A stretch of DNA of 64,000 bases from an uncultured Planctomycetales bacterium (GCA_964645795.1 CAZYCL010000001.1:159194-223193), one strand, 5' to 3'. Shown: positions 38,573 to 48,607, numbered from the stretch's first letter. Notes: a model not told the origin generated them from the sequence alone. Translations and numbers: made by a program.

Positions 38573-39235
38573 TTAATCCTTGACCTTTTTTATCCCTGAG
38601 GGCAGAATTACTATCTCTACCCGTCTGTTCTGCTGCTTGTTCTCAACGCTGTCATTTGGAGCTACGGGCCGGTATTGGCCGTATCCGGCTATTGAAAGCC
38701 GCCGCGGATTTACCTCGCATTTATCGATTAGAAAATGCAGGACAGCCAGGGCCCTTGCTGAGGAGAGCTCCCAGTTAGACTTCCATCCCGAGCGCTTTAT
38801 CGGATCGCTGTCGGTATGCCCTTCGACCGCCACAAAAGAACCCCCTGCCTCCCTGTTCAGCACCCCGGCGACCCGGCTGAGCGCATCTTCGCCTTTGCTA
38901 CGGATAATATCCCTGCCCGGATCGAAGAACACCTCTGAGAGAAAAGTTATCACCAGCCCCCGCTCGGTCATCTGCAGCTTGGCTTCGTATTTACCGATCT
39001 CTTCCTTTAGCTTGTTTTCTAACTCCAGCCTTGCCTGCTCTAACCCCGAAAGCTCCCTTTCCTTTTCTTCCACCTGCGAGAGGGCCGCGTTCTTCTCCTG
39101 GCCGAACTGTTTCAACCTGTTGCGCAAACTGATATTCTCCTGCTCCAGATCGTCATACCTATGCGCTTTCTTGATAAAGGAGCAGCCCGATAAAAGAACG
39201 ATCAACGCCAAAAATAAGAATAGCCGTCTTTTCAT
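38573..39235 (-). CDS. OmpA-family lipoprotein with coiled-coil region
   Basis: Lipobox LLSGC; C-terminal OmpA_C motif GHTDSDP...NWELSSARA. Confidence 0.85.
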   Translation of the reverse strand: MKRRLFLFLALIVLLSGCSFIKKAHRYDDLEQENISLRNRLKQFGQEKNAALSQVEEKERELSGLEQARLELENKLKEEIGKYEAKLQMTERGLVITFLSEVFFDPGRDIIRSKGEDALSRVAGVLNREAGGSFVAVEGHTDSDPIKRSGWKSNWELSSARALAVLHFLIDKCEVNPRRLSIAGYGQYRPVAPNDSVENKQQNRRVEIVILPSGIKKVKD

Positions 39236-41052
39236 TTTTGTTCCTCTCTCTGCGGGATCGGCACGTTAAAATCGCTGCGCTTTCTTACCACCTGCTGCTC
39301 CATAAAAGAATTCTCAAGCAGGCGCCAAATCTCGTATTGATCGCCGGCCGCCAGCAATGACTCCTGGATCTTGACATCCGACATGGCCTTGGCAATGATG
39401 CGCAGTATCTGGATCTGTATGTCATCATCCTCTTTGGGCGTAAGTATCAGGAAAATAAAATATGTAAGGCAGCCATCCGGGGAGTTCCAGTCGATGCCGG
39501 ATTTGGACCTGCCGAAAACAACCGTAGGCCTGATGAGCCTGGAGATCCTGGCGTGAGGAAGCGAGATCCCGCATTCTATTGCCGTGCCCATTTCATTCTC
39601 CCGGCGCAGCGCCTCGTTTGAAAGCATGTCGCCTACCGGCATGTTCTCCTGCTCGGCAGCCACCGCACAGAGCTCTTTTATTGCGTTATCCCGGTCCCTG
39701 GACCTTAGATCCGCCACTACCTCCCGGCGCGAGAAGAACTCCATCATACTGATGACCTTTCTCCTGCACAACGAATGTTTTAACCACGGACCCAGTATTA
39801 CGGCTGATATGACGCCGCCGATAACGATGGAAACGAACATCTGCTGGTTTATGATATTGTACTTTAGCGCAAGCAGCCCGATAACGATCTCCATTGCACC
39901 GCCCGGTATATGCGCTACCGCCACCCCCATGCGGTTGACCCTGGGCAGGTCCGTAAAAGTCACACCCAGCCAGGCGCCGGCGAACTTCCCGCATACCCCT
40001 ACAGCGACAACGAAGAAAACCAGGAACGGGTTGAAGTTCTCAAAGAAATCGATGCCCAGGCCGATGCGCGCAAAAAATAAAGGGACGAATATGGCATAGA
40101 CCATCTGAGAAATAACCTGACGCGTCCTTTCCGGAAGAGACCGCACCTCACCCGCCACTACCCCGGCAAGGAAAAATCCCAAAAGGGCGTGGATGCCGAT
40201 CTTCTGGAAAATAGCGCCGCAGAAAAGCCCTAAAAGGCATATAAAGGTAAGCGAGCTTCCGGGCTCAGGAAGATGTTTCTCGCGGATCTTGGTAATGACG
40301 AAGTTGGCGAAATCCCTGCCGGCGGTCATGAGGGCGTAGGTAATAAACAGCGCCAGGGCGAATATCGCTATGATCCCGACGATCATGATGTTTGTCTGGA
40401 CAAAGATGCCCAGGACCAGGGTAAAGACCATCCAGCCGATTATTTCGTTGACCGATAAAGCCGACATGATAAGGAACCCCAGGTCCGTCTTGGCCAGGTT
40501 AAGATCGACAAGCGCCCTGACGGTGACCGGCATGGCGCTGATAGTAAGGGCTGTCGCCATGAATAAGGAAAAGATTATCCTCCTCTGGGGGTCGACCAGG
40601 AAGCTGTCCGGCAGGAAATAACTGCAGGTAAAACCTAGGGCCATGGGTACGATAATATCGGTTATGGCAATAACAAGCGCTTTACCCCGGTGGCGCCAGG
40701 CGCTGGAAAAATCCATCTTAAGGCCTGACTCCAAAAGGAAGAACAACAGGCCCAGCCATGCGACGGTCTCCAGCATATGCTGCTGGATGATGTCAGGCGG
40801 GAATATTCTCCTATGAAGCTGGGGAAGGAAACGGCCGAAGATCGTCGGCCCCAGTAAAATCCCGGTGATGATCTCGGCGGTGATCGCAGGCTGCTTCCAG
40901 ACGCGGAATAATTCTCCCAGCAGCCGCGATATACCGAGTAAAAGAAAAACCTGGATAAGAAAAATAAGGATGTTGTGTTCGCTAAGGTTTTGCATAGACA
41001 GTGAGCTTTTCGTAGAATCTATCGATCTTTTCTTTAAGCCTTTCGGGCTCAA
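39232..41052 (-). CDS. Cation:proton antiporter (CPA family) fused to a C-terminal PTS EIIA(Ntr)-type domain
   Basis: About 400-aa Na+/H+ exchanger TM domain; C-terminal GTAIECGISLPHARI (PTS_EIIA_2-like) region. Confidence 0.75.
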   Translation of the reverse strand: MSPKGLKKRSIDSTKSSLSMQNLSEHNILIFLIQVFLLLGISRLLGELFRVWKQPAITAEIITGILLGPTIFGRFLPQLHRRIFPPDIIQQHMLETVAWLGLLFFLLESGLKMDFSSAWRHRGKALVIAITDIIVPMALGFTCSYFLPDSFLVDPQRRIIFSLFMATALTISAMPVTVRALVDLNLAKTDLGFLIMSALSVNEIIGWMVFTLVLGIFVQTNIMIVGIIAIFALALFITYALMTAGRDFANFVITKIREKHLPEPGSSLTFICLLGLFCGAIFQKIGIHALLGFFLAGVVAGEVRSLPERTRQVISQMVYAIFVPLFFARIGLGIDFFENFNPFLVFFVVAVGVCGKFAGAWLGVTFTDLPRVNRMGVAVAHIPGGAMEIVIGLLALKYNIINQQMFVSIVIGGVISAVILGPWLKHSLCRRKVISMMEFFSRREVVADLRSRDRDNAIKELCAVAAEQENMPVGDMLSNEALRRENEMGTAIECGISLPHARISRLIRPTVVFGRSKSGIDWNSPDGCLTYFIFLILTPKEDDDIQIQILRIIAKAMSDVKIQESLLAAGDQYEIWRLLENSFMEQQVVRKRSDFNVPIPQREEQK

Positions 41053-41554
41053 GCTCCTTATGCACTAAAGCAAGCCGCGGGACCCCGGCAGCATTGTCTT
41101 CAGAGATCATTCTTGCCAACCGCTCCAGGCATGCATCAATGCCGGTAAGATGCGCTGTGCCGAAAACACCGACTGTTTTTGCCTTAAAGCTGTATTTGCT
41201 TACGAAGGTCCTGACTGCCGGCGCAGGGTTAGAAAACCATGACGGCGTACCGATAAGTATGGTATCGTAATCCGCGGGCTCCTTTTTAAGCGCGGCTATT
41301 TTTGTCAGTTTCTTTGCCAGCGCGTCTTTGCCGGCTGCAGCGCTCCCGACAGCTCCGGTGCGGGATTTTTTGTCAATCAGCTCTTCGGTGTCGGCGCCGA
41401 ACTTTTTTGCCAGGGCTTCGGCGACCAGGCGGGTGTGCCCGTCGCGGGAATAATACACGATCAGGACCCGGGGCCTGTCCTGGGCAAGACATGTAGCGCA
41501 GGAAACCAACAAAAAAAGCAATGCCAATAAAAGCTTTGTATTTTTCATACGCAT
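40982..41554 (-). CDS. Flavodoxin-like protein with N-terminal signal peptide
   Basis: Signal peptide (LLLALLFLLVSCATCLA), then the VLIVYYSRDGHT flavodoxin-fold motif. Confidence 0.65.
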   Translation of the reverse strand: MRMKNTKLLLALLFLLVSCATCLAQDRPRVLIVYYSRDGHTRLVAEALAKKFGADTEELIDKKSRTGAVGSAAAGKDALAKKLTKIAALKKEPADYDTILIGTPSWFSNPAPAVRTFVSKYSFKAKTVGVFGTAHLTGIDACLERLARMISEDNAAGVPRLALVHKELEPERLKEKIDRFYEKLTVYAKP

Positions 41555-41724
41555 GCCCCTTGGTCGCGGGTAGTCCGGCGGATAGCCTTAACCATCCTAT
41601 CGTATGCCTCCTGGGGAGTCGGGCCTTCGGTCAGATGATCGTTGCATAATGCGGCGTAACCCTGGCGGTTCTTGATCTTGAATATCTCGACCTTCAGGTG
41701 CCCGATCTTGTAGATCTCGGCCAT
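41545..41724 (-). CDS. Small HicB-like (UPF0150 family) protein, 59 aa
   Basis: Manual translation: MAEIYKIGHLKVEIFKIKNRQGYAALCNDHLTEGPTPQEAYDRMVKAI... Overlaps the downstream start codon (ATGA). No HicA partner seen. Confidence 0.35.
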   Translation of the reverse strand: MAEIYKIGHLKVEIFKIKNRQGYAALCNDHLTEGPTPQEAYDRMVKAIRRTTRDQGACV

Positions 41725-41728
41725 AGGA

Positions 41729-42391
41729 TCAGCTTTGCCCCTTTACGAACTGGCAGTATGCGCATTCGTCTTTTTTATCCGGCACGGGCCCGTCCAGTAT
41801 CTTCCTGGCGCCAGTGACCGCACCATCCACCCAGGAGCTGTCGCCCTCCTGGGGCTCAATGAACAACTCAAAAGCAAGCCTGCCCTCATCGAATCCTGCC
41901 GACTTGTTGACTTTGGCAAAAAGAAAATACCCCAGGGTTGAAACCGTGAATTTATTCTGGCGCAGGAGCCACTGGTAAACCTCCATCTGCCGTTTGTAGC
42001 TGTCGTATATCTTGTGCTCGTTGGCGCCGGTGGCTTTATAATCCACCACCATAAGTTCACCCTTGGAGTTAATCCAGACGTCATCGACGGCGCCAAACAC
42101 CAGGAAATCGGTAGGTTTGTGGTGAAACTGCACTCCGGTAAAATTGTGCCTCCAGGCCTGGATCTGTTCGCATTTGTAGGGAATAGCGTCGATGCCGAAC
42201 TTCTTGATCAGGTAATGCGCGGAGCCGTCCTCGCGGTGCACATCAAACTGGCGCTTTAGCATAGCGTCGATGGCAGAGTTTATGGTGTATGGCGCGGGGG
42301 GCGGGCGTTTCAATCCTTTGTTAATATCCAGCCAGAAGCATCGGGGACAATCCAGAAAAAGCTCCAGCTTCGAACGGGAAAGCTTGGTCAT
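41729..42391 (-). CDS. PD-(D/E)xK nuclease superfamily protein (Cas4/RecB-like fold with 4 Cys)
   Basis: N-terminal CPRC, VVDYKAT (D-x-K) motif, C-terminal CAYC. Confidence 0.65.
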   Translation of the reverse strand: MTKLSRSKLELFLDCPRCFWLDINKGLKRPPPAPYTINSAIDAMLKRQFDVHREDGSAHYLIKKFGIDAIPYKCEQIQAWRHNFTGVQFHHKPTDFLVFGAVDDVWINSKGELMVVDYKATGANEHKIYDSYKRQMEVYQWLLRQNKFTVSTLGYFLFAKVNKSAGFDEGRLAFELFIEPQEGDSSWVDGAVTGARKILDGPVPDKKDECAYCQFVKGQS

Positions 42392-42493
42392 AATAAAATC
42401 CTGTTGCGCGTTGCCTGTTGCGGGTTACGCGTTACGGGTTGAGCATAACACGCTAACCCCTAACAGGTAACAAAAATTATACAACAATACCGA

Positions 42494-42976
42494 TTATTTG
42501 ACGTACCTCTCCCTCAACTTACTCAAGAAAATAAGGTGTTTTCGCTCTTCTTCAACCAGCTCTTCTATTATGCCCTTGCTGTAATCGGGGACAAAACGCG
42601 CCAGCTCGCCAAAAAAAAGTATGGCGTCCTTTTCAAACTGCATCCCGTAATCTATCGCCGAAAGCATGTCTTTGACATTCTGGCTGAATGTTGCGGGGCT
42701 TGCGTCATTGTAGAGCTTTTCTGCGACCAATGACTGCATATAGGCCATCGCCTCTCCGGGAAACGATTCAGCCGTTTCCGGTTCGACGATCTTCGCCTTT
42801 ATCTCGCCGAACTTCTTGATATGCACCTCTTCCCAATCGCGCAAACTGATAAAGAGCTTGCGCATATCCTCTTCTTTGAATCTTTCGGCAACCTGGGCGT
42901 AAAAATCCCTTCTCTTTTTCTCCTTCTCTATACCCATGCTTACCACTTCCGAAATATGAAAGATATTGTCCGCCAT
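42494..42976 (-). CDS. Ferritin-like / rubrerythrin-like diiron-domain protein
   Basis: Start trimmed to MADNIF; helical EE...H-containing ferritin-like motifs. Confidence 0.55.
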   Translation of the reverse strand: MADNIFHISEVVSMGIEKEKKRRDFYAQVAERFKEEDMRKLFISLRDWEEVHIKKFGEIKAKIVEPETAESFPGEAMAYMQSLVAEKLYNDASPATFSQNVKDMLSAIDYGMQFEKDAILFFGELARFVPDYSKGIIEELVEEERKHLIFLSKLRERYVK

Positions 42977-42995
42977 AACAGACTCCTCGATTAGT

Positions 42996-45695
42996 TCATG
43001 ACGCCTTACCGGCCTTCCCGGTAAAAAGCTTAACCGTTTCCATCGCCCACAACGGGAAAGAAGAAATAACAATAACCAATACCCAGTCGAGAACTCCCAA
43101 AGGCTCGGTCTTGAATATGGTCTGGAAGAACGGCACATACACTACCGCCATCTGCAGGCAGAATGAAAATAACGTAGCGACGATCAATTTCTTGTTAGTC
43201 AAGAACCCGATGCCAAAGATCGACTCGCGCATGCTGCGGCAATTATAGGCGTGAAAAAGCTGGCTGCAGGATAAGACTATAAAACAGGCGGTGCGCGCCC
43301 GGCCAATCCCCTCGTCCTCCACAAAAAGCACAAACCAGAACGCCAGTAAACTGCAGAAGGCGATAAAGGCTCCCTGCGTTATGATCAGCCACCCGATCTT
43401 CTTAGTCACCACCGGCTCATCCTTCGGCCGGGGAGACCTTTGCATTATCTTTTTATCAATAGGGTCAACGCCTAAAGCCAGGGCAGGAAACCCATCGGTC
43501 ACAAGATTAACCCAAAGTATGTGTATGGGCAACAGCGGAACGGGTAAGGCCACAAGCGAGGCAACGAACATTGTCAGCATCTCTCCGGCGTTGCAGGAAA
43601 GCAGGTAATGTATAAACTTCCTGATATTGTCGTATATACCCCTGCCCTCTTCGACTGCCGCTACGATGGAAGCGAAGTTGTCGTCGGTTATCACCATATC
43701 GGAGACTTCCTTGGTCACGTCCGTGCCGGTAATGCCCATAGCCACCCCTATATCGGCTTCTTTTAAGGCCGGGGCATCGTTGACCCCGTCTCCGGTCATG
43801 GCTACGATCTCACCCCTGCCCCTCCAGGCCCTGACGATGCGCAATTTATGTTCCGGAGAGACGCGGGCATATACCGCGATTCTTGCTACTTTCAGGTCCA
43901 ACTCCTGATCATCTACCTTATCCAGCTCATCTCCTGTGAGCGCCAGGGAATCCTCCTTATAAAAACCAAGTTCCCTGGCCACCGCCACTGCCGTATTCTT
44001 ATGGTCTCCGGTTATCATCACCGAACGGATGCCGGCGCTGCGGCAGCTGGCCATAGCCTGCTTTACTTCTTCGCGCGGAGGATCGATCATCGCCGCCAGT
44101 CCGCAGAAAACAAGCTCTTTCTCGATGCTCGATGAATCATGGCCGGCAGGAATGCTGTCCATTTCACGCAAGGCCAGCGCCAGGACCCGCATTGCCTGAT
44201 TGGTCAATTTCGCGTTAGCCTCCAAGACGTTTTTCCTGTCCTGTTCCCCGATCGGCCGGATCTTGCCGGCGGCATCCTGTATATGAGTGCAATTGGCAAG
44301 CATGACATCGGGCGCGCCCTTGACAAAGGCAACATACGAAGAACCTTTCCTGCGAATGATGGTCATTTGCTTGCGGTCGGAATCAAAAGGGATCTCTTCA
44401 TGGAAAGGAAATTCGCTTTCTTTATCGTCTTTGAATATGCCTGCCTTTGCCGCCATGGCAAGCAGCGCGCCTTCCGTAGGATCCCCGATGATCTTATAAG
44501 CTCCGGATTCCTTGGCAAGTCGCGCGCCGTTGCACAGGACAGAGGTAGTTAACAGCCGGGACAGCCCGGGGTACTCCGCAAGCCCAACGCTCCTGCCGTC
44601 CAGTGAAAAATCGCCTTTAGGCTCATATCCAATCCCGCTTACCCGCAAGTAAAGCTCCGGCAGATACACGGCCTGAACCGTCATTTCATTCCTGGTGAGG
44701 GTCCCGGTCTTATCCGAACAAATTACCGTAGTGCAACCCAGGGTCTCTACCGATGGCAGCTTCCTGATGAGGCAATTTCGCCTGACCATACGTTGCACGC
44801 CGAGGGCCAGGGCAATTGTAACTACTGCCGGCAGGCCTTCGGGTATCGCGGCTACCGCCAGGCTCACCGAAGTCATGAACAGGTCAAAAACCTTGCCTCC
44901 TCGGATAAATCCGAGGACAAAGACCATGGCTACCAGCGCAAAACATATATAAACAATGAATTTGCCAAACTGCTCAAGCCTCTTTTGAAGCGGGGTAGTG
45001 TCTTCTTCTACTTTCTGTATCAAGCCTGCGATCTTACCGAGTTCCGTCTGCATCCCCGTATCAATTACCAGAGCCCGGCCTTTTCCCGACACTACGGAAG
45101 TGCCCATATAAACCATATTTGCCCGGTCTCCCAAGGAAATCTCTTCTTCTTTAAGCGGAATAGAGGTCTTTAATACGGAGGTGGACTCGCCGGTAAGGCT
45201 GGCCTCGTGGCTAGAGAAGTTGCTGGTGGTATAAACAAGACGGCTGTCCGCAGGGACGTTATCTCCCGCTTCAAGCTCAACCAGGTCTCCCGGGACTATC
45301 TCAACGGAAGATATTACCTGCAAGGCATTGTCGCGGATGACCTTGGTAGTAGGCGAGGAGAGTTTTTTTAATGCCTCCAGGGATTTCTCGGCCCTAAACT
45401 CCTGTATAAAACCCAATACGGCGTTCAGGAAAATAATCCCAATAATAGCCAGGGCATCGACCCATTCTTTAAGGAAGCCCGAGACTAGGGCGGCGCCGAT
45501 AAGCACCCAGATGATAAAATCGTTGAACTGTTCGAGGAATATATGCAGGGCGCTATGCCCTTTCTTTTGCGCCAGTTGATTAGGTCCGTAGCGCTTAAGA
45601 CGGGATCCTGCCTCCTGTCCCCCCAGGCCGGCTTCAAGATGGGTAGACAGCTTTAAGGCAACTTCGTTAGGTTCTAACTGCCACCATTTTTCCAT
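42996..45695 (-). CDS. P-type ATPase, type IIA (Ca2+-transporting, SERCA/PMR1-like)
   Basis: DKTGTLT phosphorylation motif, TGDGVNDAPALK, 10 TM helices. Confidence 0.9.
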   Translation of the reverse strand: MEKWWQLEPNEVALKLSTHLEAGLGGQEAGSRLKRYGPNQLAQKKGHSALHIFLEQFNDFIIWVLIGAALVSGFLKEWVDALAIIGIIFLNAVLGFIQEFRAEKSLEALKKLSSPTTKVIRDNALQVISSVEIVPGDLVELEAGDNVPADSRLVYTTSNFSSHEASLTGESTSVLKTSIPLKEEEISLGDRANMVYMGTSVVSGKGRALVIDTGMQTELGKIAGLIQKVEEDTTPLQKRLEQFGKFIVYICFALVAMVFVLGFIRGGKVFDLFMTSVSLAVAAIPEGLPAVVTIALALGVQRMVRRNCLIRKLPSVETLGCTTVICSDKTGTLTRNEMTVQAVYLPELYLRVSGIGYEPKGDFSLDGRSVGLAEYPGLSRLLTTSVLCNGARLAKESGAYKIIGDPTEGALLAMAAKAGIFKDDKESEFPFHEEIPFDSDRKQMTIIRRKGSSYVAFVKGAPDVMLANCTHIQDAAGKIRPIGEQDRKNVLEANAKLTNQAMRVLALALREMDSIPAGHDSSSIEKELVFCGLAAMIDPPREEVKQAMASCRSAGIRSVMITGDHKNTAVAVARELGFYKEDSLALTGDELDKVDDQELDLKVARIAVYARVSPEHKLRIVRAWRGRGEIVAMTGDGVNDAPALKEADIGVAMGITGTDVTKEVSDMVITDDNFASIVAAVEEGRGIYDNIRKFIHYLLSCNAGEMLTMFVASLVALPVPLLPIHILWVNLVTDGFPALALGVDPIDKKIMQRSPRPKDEPVVTKKIGWLIITQGAFIAFCSLLAFWFVLFVEDEGIGRARTACFIVLSCSQLFHAYNCRSMRESIFGIGFLTNKKLIVATLFSFCLQMAVVYVPFFQTIFKTEPLGVLDWVLVIVISSFPLWAMETVKLFTGKAGKAS

Positions 45696-45773
45696 ATAGG
45701 ATTAATTTTAATACAAGAATCCAAATATACAATAAAAATCGGCGGTATCCGGCTTATATTAAACTTCGCGGGC

Positions 45774-45989
45774 CTAAGAACCGCAAGAAACGATTGTGAT
45801 TTGGCGAGCGCCGAACTCCACTGAATCTCCCCCGCGTAACTTACGGCGTACCCGCGACTCGGCTTGCCCGTTAACCTTTACCGAACCGGAAAGTATTTGC
45901 TGTTTAGCCTCGGCGCCGCTCGATACCAGCCGTATCGTCTTGAGCAGATTATCGAGCTCGATGAATTCGTTTCTTAGGAGAAACTCCAT
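45774..45989 (-). CDS. S4-like RNA-binding domain protein (YbcJ family)
   Basis: About 70 aa; VKVNGQAESRVRRKLRGGDSV matches the S4-like fold. Confidence 0.65.
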   Translation of the reverse strand: MEFLLRNEFIELDNLLKTIRLVSSGAEAKQQILSGSVKVNGQAESRVRRKLRGGDSVEFGARQITIVSCGS

Positions 45990-46002
45990 GTGCGAGTAAG
46001 AT

Positions 46003-46575
46003 TTAATTCTGGCCCTGGCTCAATTTTATGCTGTTAACGGAATAATTGAAATCCTGGAGGCAGGCGTCAAACTCTTCTTTTTTGGCCACACCTTCTATCT
46101 GAATAAGAACATTGTCCTTGTGGATAAAATAAAGGAGCGCCCGGCTGACGGTGCCGTCTTGCGCGGTAGTCTCATGGATGCAGGTGGCAGACGCTACTTC
46201 TCCCAAAAACACCTCCCTGGGCTCCTCTACCAACTTGAAGTATCTGCCTTTTTTTGACTGTTTTTTCTCGATGCGCGATTTCATGACAGCCAGGGCCTTA
46301 CTTGCGCTTTCGTCGGCCTTTAGAGGATCGAGCCTGACGCATAAGCCGGCAGACCGGTACTTAGAGCTCTGCTTAAAGCGCACAAGGACCCCTGAGGCAA
46401 ACCCGCCTCCCGTTTCCAGGATATCGTCCCTAACCGCTATCCGCCATTCAGGAGGCCCGTCGATGGCAAACCCGAACCTCTTATTCTTGTAGCCGGCGGC
46501 ATGACATTGAGAAAAGGGGATGACCAGGCCGACTGCCAGCGACAGGACCAGCAAAACGGATCTCTTTGGCATCAA
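46003..46575 (-). CDS. Hypothetical secreted protein
   Basis: Signal peptide; no family recognised. Confidence 0.5.
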   Translation of the reverse strand: MMPKRSVLLVLSLAVGLVIPFSQCHAAGYKNKRFGFAIDGPPEWRIAVRDDILETGGGFASGVLVRFKQSSKYRSAGLCVRLDPLKADESASKALAVMKSRIEKKQSKKGRYFKLVEEPREVFLGEVASATCIHETTAQDGTVSRALLYFIHKDNVLIQIEGVAKKEEFDACLQDFNYSVNSIKLSQGQN

Positions 46576-46588
46576 TTCTCCCCGTTTG

Positions 46589-46726
46589 TTACTTATTTAT
46601 CCCGGAACGCGACCGGGTGTCCGCTTTGAGGACCCCGTCGGTATCGCGGTAATTCTTGGCGTGCACGCAGCCGCTGATAACGCCTGCCAGCAGTACGGAT
46701 AAAATGAACAGCCTATGCTTTCCCAT
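46589..46726 (-). CDS. Small putative lipoprotein (45 aa)
   Basis: Manual translation: MGKHRLFILSVLLAGVISGC... with a lipobox. Not in the ORF track. Confidence 0.3.
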   Translation of the reverse strand: MGKHRLFILSVLLAGVISGCVHAKNYRDTDGVLKADTRSRSGINK

Positions 46727-46734
46727 ATCGACTA

Positions 46735-47178
46735 TCAATCCCCGCCGTCTTTCTTCAGGTCCTTCCTGATCCAGGTAGCCTTTCCGTCAATGATGTTCGG
46801 GCAGGTCCAGACTATACCCTCATCGGTATCCACCACAACCGCCGGCATCCTGAGATCCGCGTCCTGCCATTGCAGCATCCTGGCAATGTATCTCTTTTTA
46901 TCCTGGGCGCTGTTTGTCTGCCGCCCCAGATCGGTCTTGACCCATAACGGTCTGCCGTCCTGCAAGTTCTGACATGTCCAGATAATCCCGAGATAACTGT
47001 CAAGCACGATTGCCGGTACCCTGGTATTCGTGACGGCCCTGCCGTTCATCATTACCAGCACATAGCGGCCTTCCTGCAGCTCGTTGGTCACGGTCTGAGC
47101 AAAAACCATAGAGGTAGAAACAGCTAAAAAAACCAATCCTGCTAAAAGCGATCTCTTCATGATTCCTCCTGTCAGCAA
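46735..47178 (-). CDS. Small secreted protein with two tandem about 34-aa repeats (W-T-C-x-N-x2-DG-x2-W-x-[KR]-x-DL)
   Basis: Signal peptide. VPAIVLDSYLGIIWTCQNLQDGRPLWVKTDL and MPAVVVDTDEGIVWTCPNIIDGKATWIRKDL are internal repeats. Confidence 0.55.
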   Translation of the reverse strand: MLTGGIMKRSLLAGLVFLAVSTSMVFAQTVTNELQEGRYVLVMMNGRAVTNTRVPAIVLDSYLGIIWTCQNLQDGRPLWVKTDLGRQTNSAQDKKRYIARMLQWQDADLRMPAVVVDTDEGIVWTCPNIIDGKATWIRKDLKKDGGD

Positions 47179-47288
47179 AGAAAAAATATACCTGTTCCTT
47201 GCATGGTTAATTTTAGCCGCAAATATCCGCTATTTCAATGGAAAAATTGGGTTAGACAGCGGCTATATTCTGTGATATTAATATTGGC

Positions 47289-48530
47289 GTGAAAATACGC
47301 GAATTCAAACATCTGGTCCTGGCCATCTTTATCGCCTCTTTCATCATCCGCCTCATCGCGGGCCTGGTCATATCCTTTGACTTTGAAAGCACTAATCAGT
47401 GGTACGTGGCCAGGAATTTGGCGCGCGGGCTGGGATACGGCATCGATGCCAGCCACCCGACTGCCTTGCGCACCCCCGGATACCCGCTGATCATGGCAAT
47501 AATGATGCGGCTCTTCGGAGAAAAACAATTGCCCCTGATGGTGCTCCTGGCGCTGGCAGGAGCGGCTGACACCTGCCTGTGCGCCCTATTGGCCAAAAGG
47601 CTGTTTTTATCCCGTGCCTGCGCCCTTATCTCGGCATATATCTATGCTTTTACGCCTTACATCGTCCAGAAAGAGACCATGAGCCAGTCGGGGTTCGTGA
47701 GCCTGGGGCTGTTAGCGGGTGTTTATTTTTTCTTTGAGTCCATCTATAAACGAAAACTCATGCTTACCCTGCTTTGCGCTTTCTCGCTTTTGTTCTCTTA
47801 CCTTATCCGGCCGACCACAGGACTTATTCCGGTATTCATATTTATTACCCTGGTCCTGAAGTCCCGCAGGGACAAGGACAGAAAGATCCTGATATCGGCC
47901 CTGCTTTTTCTCTCTGTCTTTATGGCGGGACTCCTGCCCTGGGCAGTGCGTAACAGCCTTACTTTTGGCCGCCCCAGCTTCGGGCAGTCCAACTTCTGGC
48001 AGAATATTTATGTAGCCAATAATCCCCGCACTTTCGATATATATCCCACAATAGCCCTGGATAACTTCGGCCCCCATTATATGCGCCGGGATGTTGCGCC
48101 ATATGAAGACGAGTTCGCCAACGAAGAGTGGTATCGCAAAAAAGCCCTGGCAGCCCTAAAAGAAATGCCGAAGATTGCGGTAATCAAAAATGCTTTCGCC
48201 AAGCTTGCCTATCTCTGGCATTGGAGGTTAGTGCCTTACGCCGAACGCCTCGGCAACGACCCTGACACGGGCCTGACCCTTGATAGACCAAGGCCCCTAG
48301 TAAAAGAGCTCTCTTATTCTATACCTTACGCCCTCATTCTGATCCTAGCCATTAAAGGATTGTGGCTTGAACGCCGAAGGAAGCTGCTGCTTTTGTTCTT
48401 TGCGGGATTCCTTTTATTCTTTTCCCTGCCGCACATGATCACCGTTGCTTACTCCAAATACGCAGTCGCAGCTTACTTTGTTTTTATAATATTCGCGGCA
48501 AGGGCTTTGACTTACCCTAAGGTAAATTAA
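47289..48530 (+). CDS. Glycosyltransferase family 39 / ArnT-like integral membrane protein
   Basis: About 11 TM helices; GT-C-like architecture. Confidence 0.55.
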   Translation: MKIREFKHLVLAIFIASFIIRLIAGLVISFDFESTNQWYVARNLARGLGYGIDASHPTALRTPGYPLIMAIMMRLFGEKQLPLMVLLALAGAADTCLCALLAKRLFLSRACALISAYIYAFTPYIVQKETMSQSGFVSLGLLAGVYFFFESIYKRKLMLTLLCAFSLLFSYLIRPTTGLIPVFIFITLVLKSRRDKDRKILISALLFLSVFMAGLLPWAVRNSLTFGRPSFGQSNFWQNIYVANNPRTFDIYPTIALDNFGPHYMRRDVAPYEDEFANEEWYRKKALAALKEMPKIAVIKNAFAKLAYLWHWRLVPYAERLGNDPDTGLTLDRPRPLVKELSYSIPYALILILAIKGLWLERRRKLLLLFFAGFLLFFSLPHMITVAYSKYAVAAYFVFIIFAARALTYPKVN

Positions 48531-48557
48531 TTTCCATTTGCAAGCACCAGGTGAATT

Positions 48558-48586
48558 TTCGTAATTGACAGGGGTGTAGCGGCAGG
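48558..48586 (+). promoter_or_regulatory. Sigma70 promoter for tRNA-Leu (TTGACA-17-TATACT)
   Basis: Consensus -35 at 48558-48563, 17-bp spacer, -10 at 48581-48586; the tRNA starts about 21 nt downstream. Confidence 0.6.
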
Positions 48587-48607
48587 ATATACTTATACTC
48601 TAATTTT

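Noticed and set aside
42402-42445. Possible CRISPR-like repeat
   Set aside because: The repeat units are only 7 nt, directly tandem and without spacers. It is not a CRISPR array.
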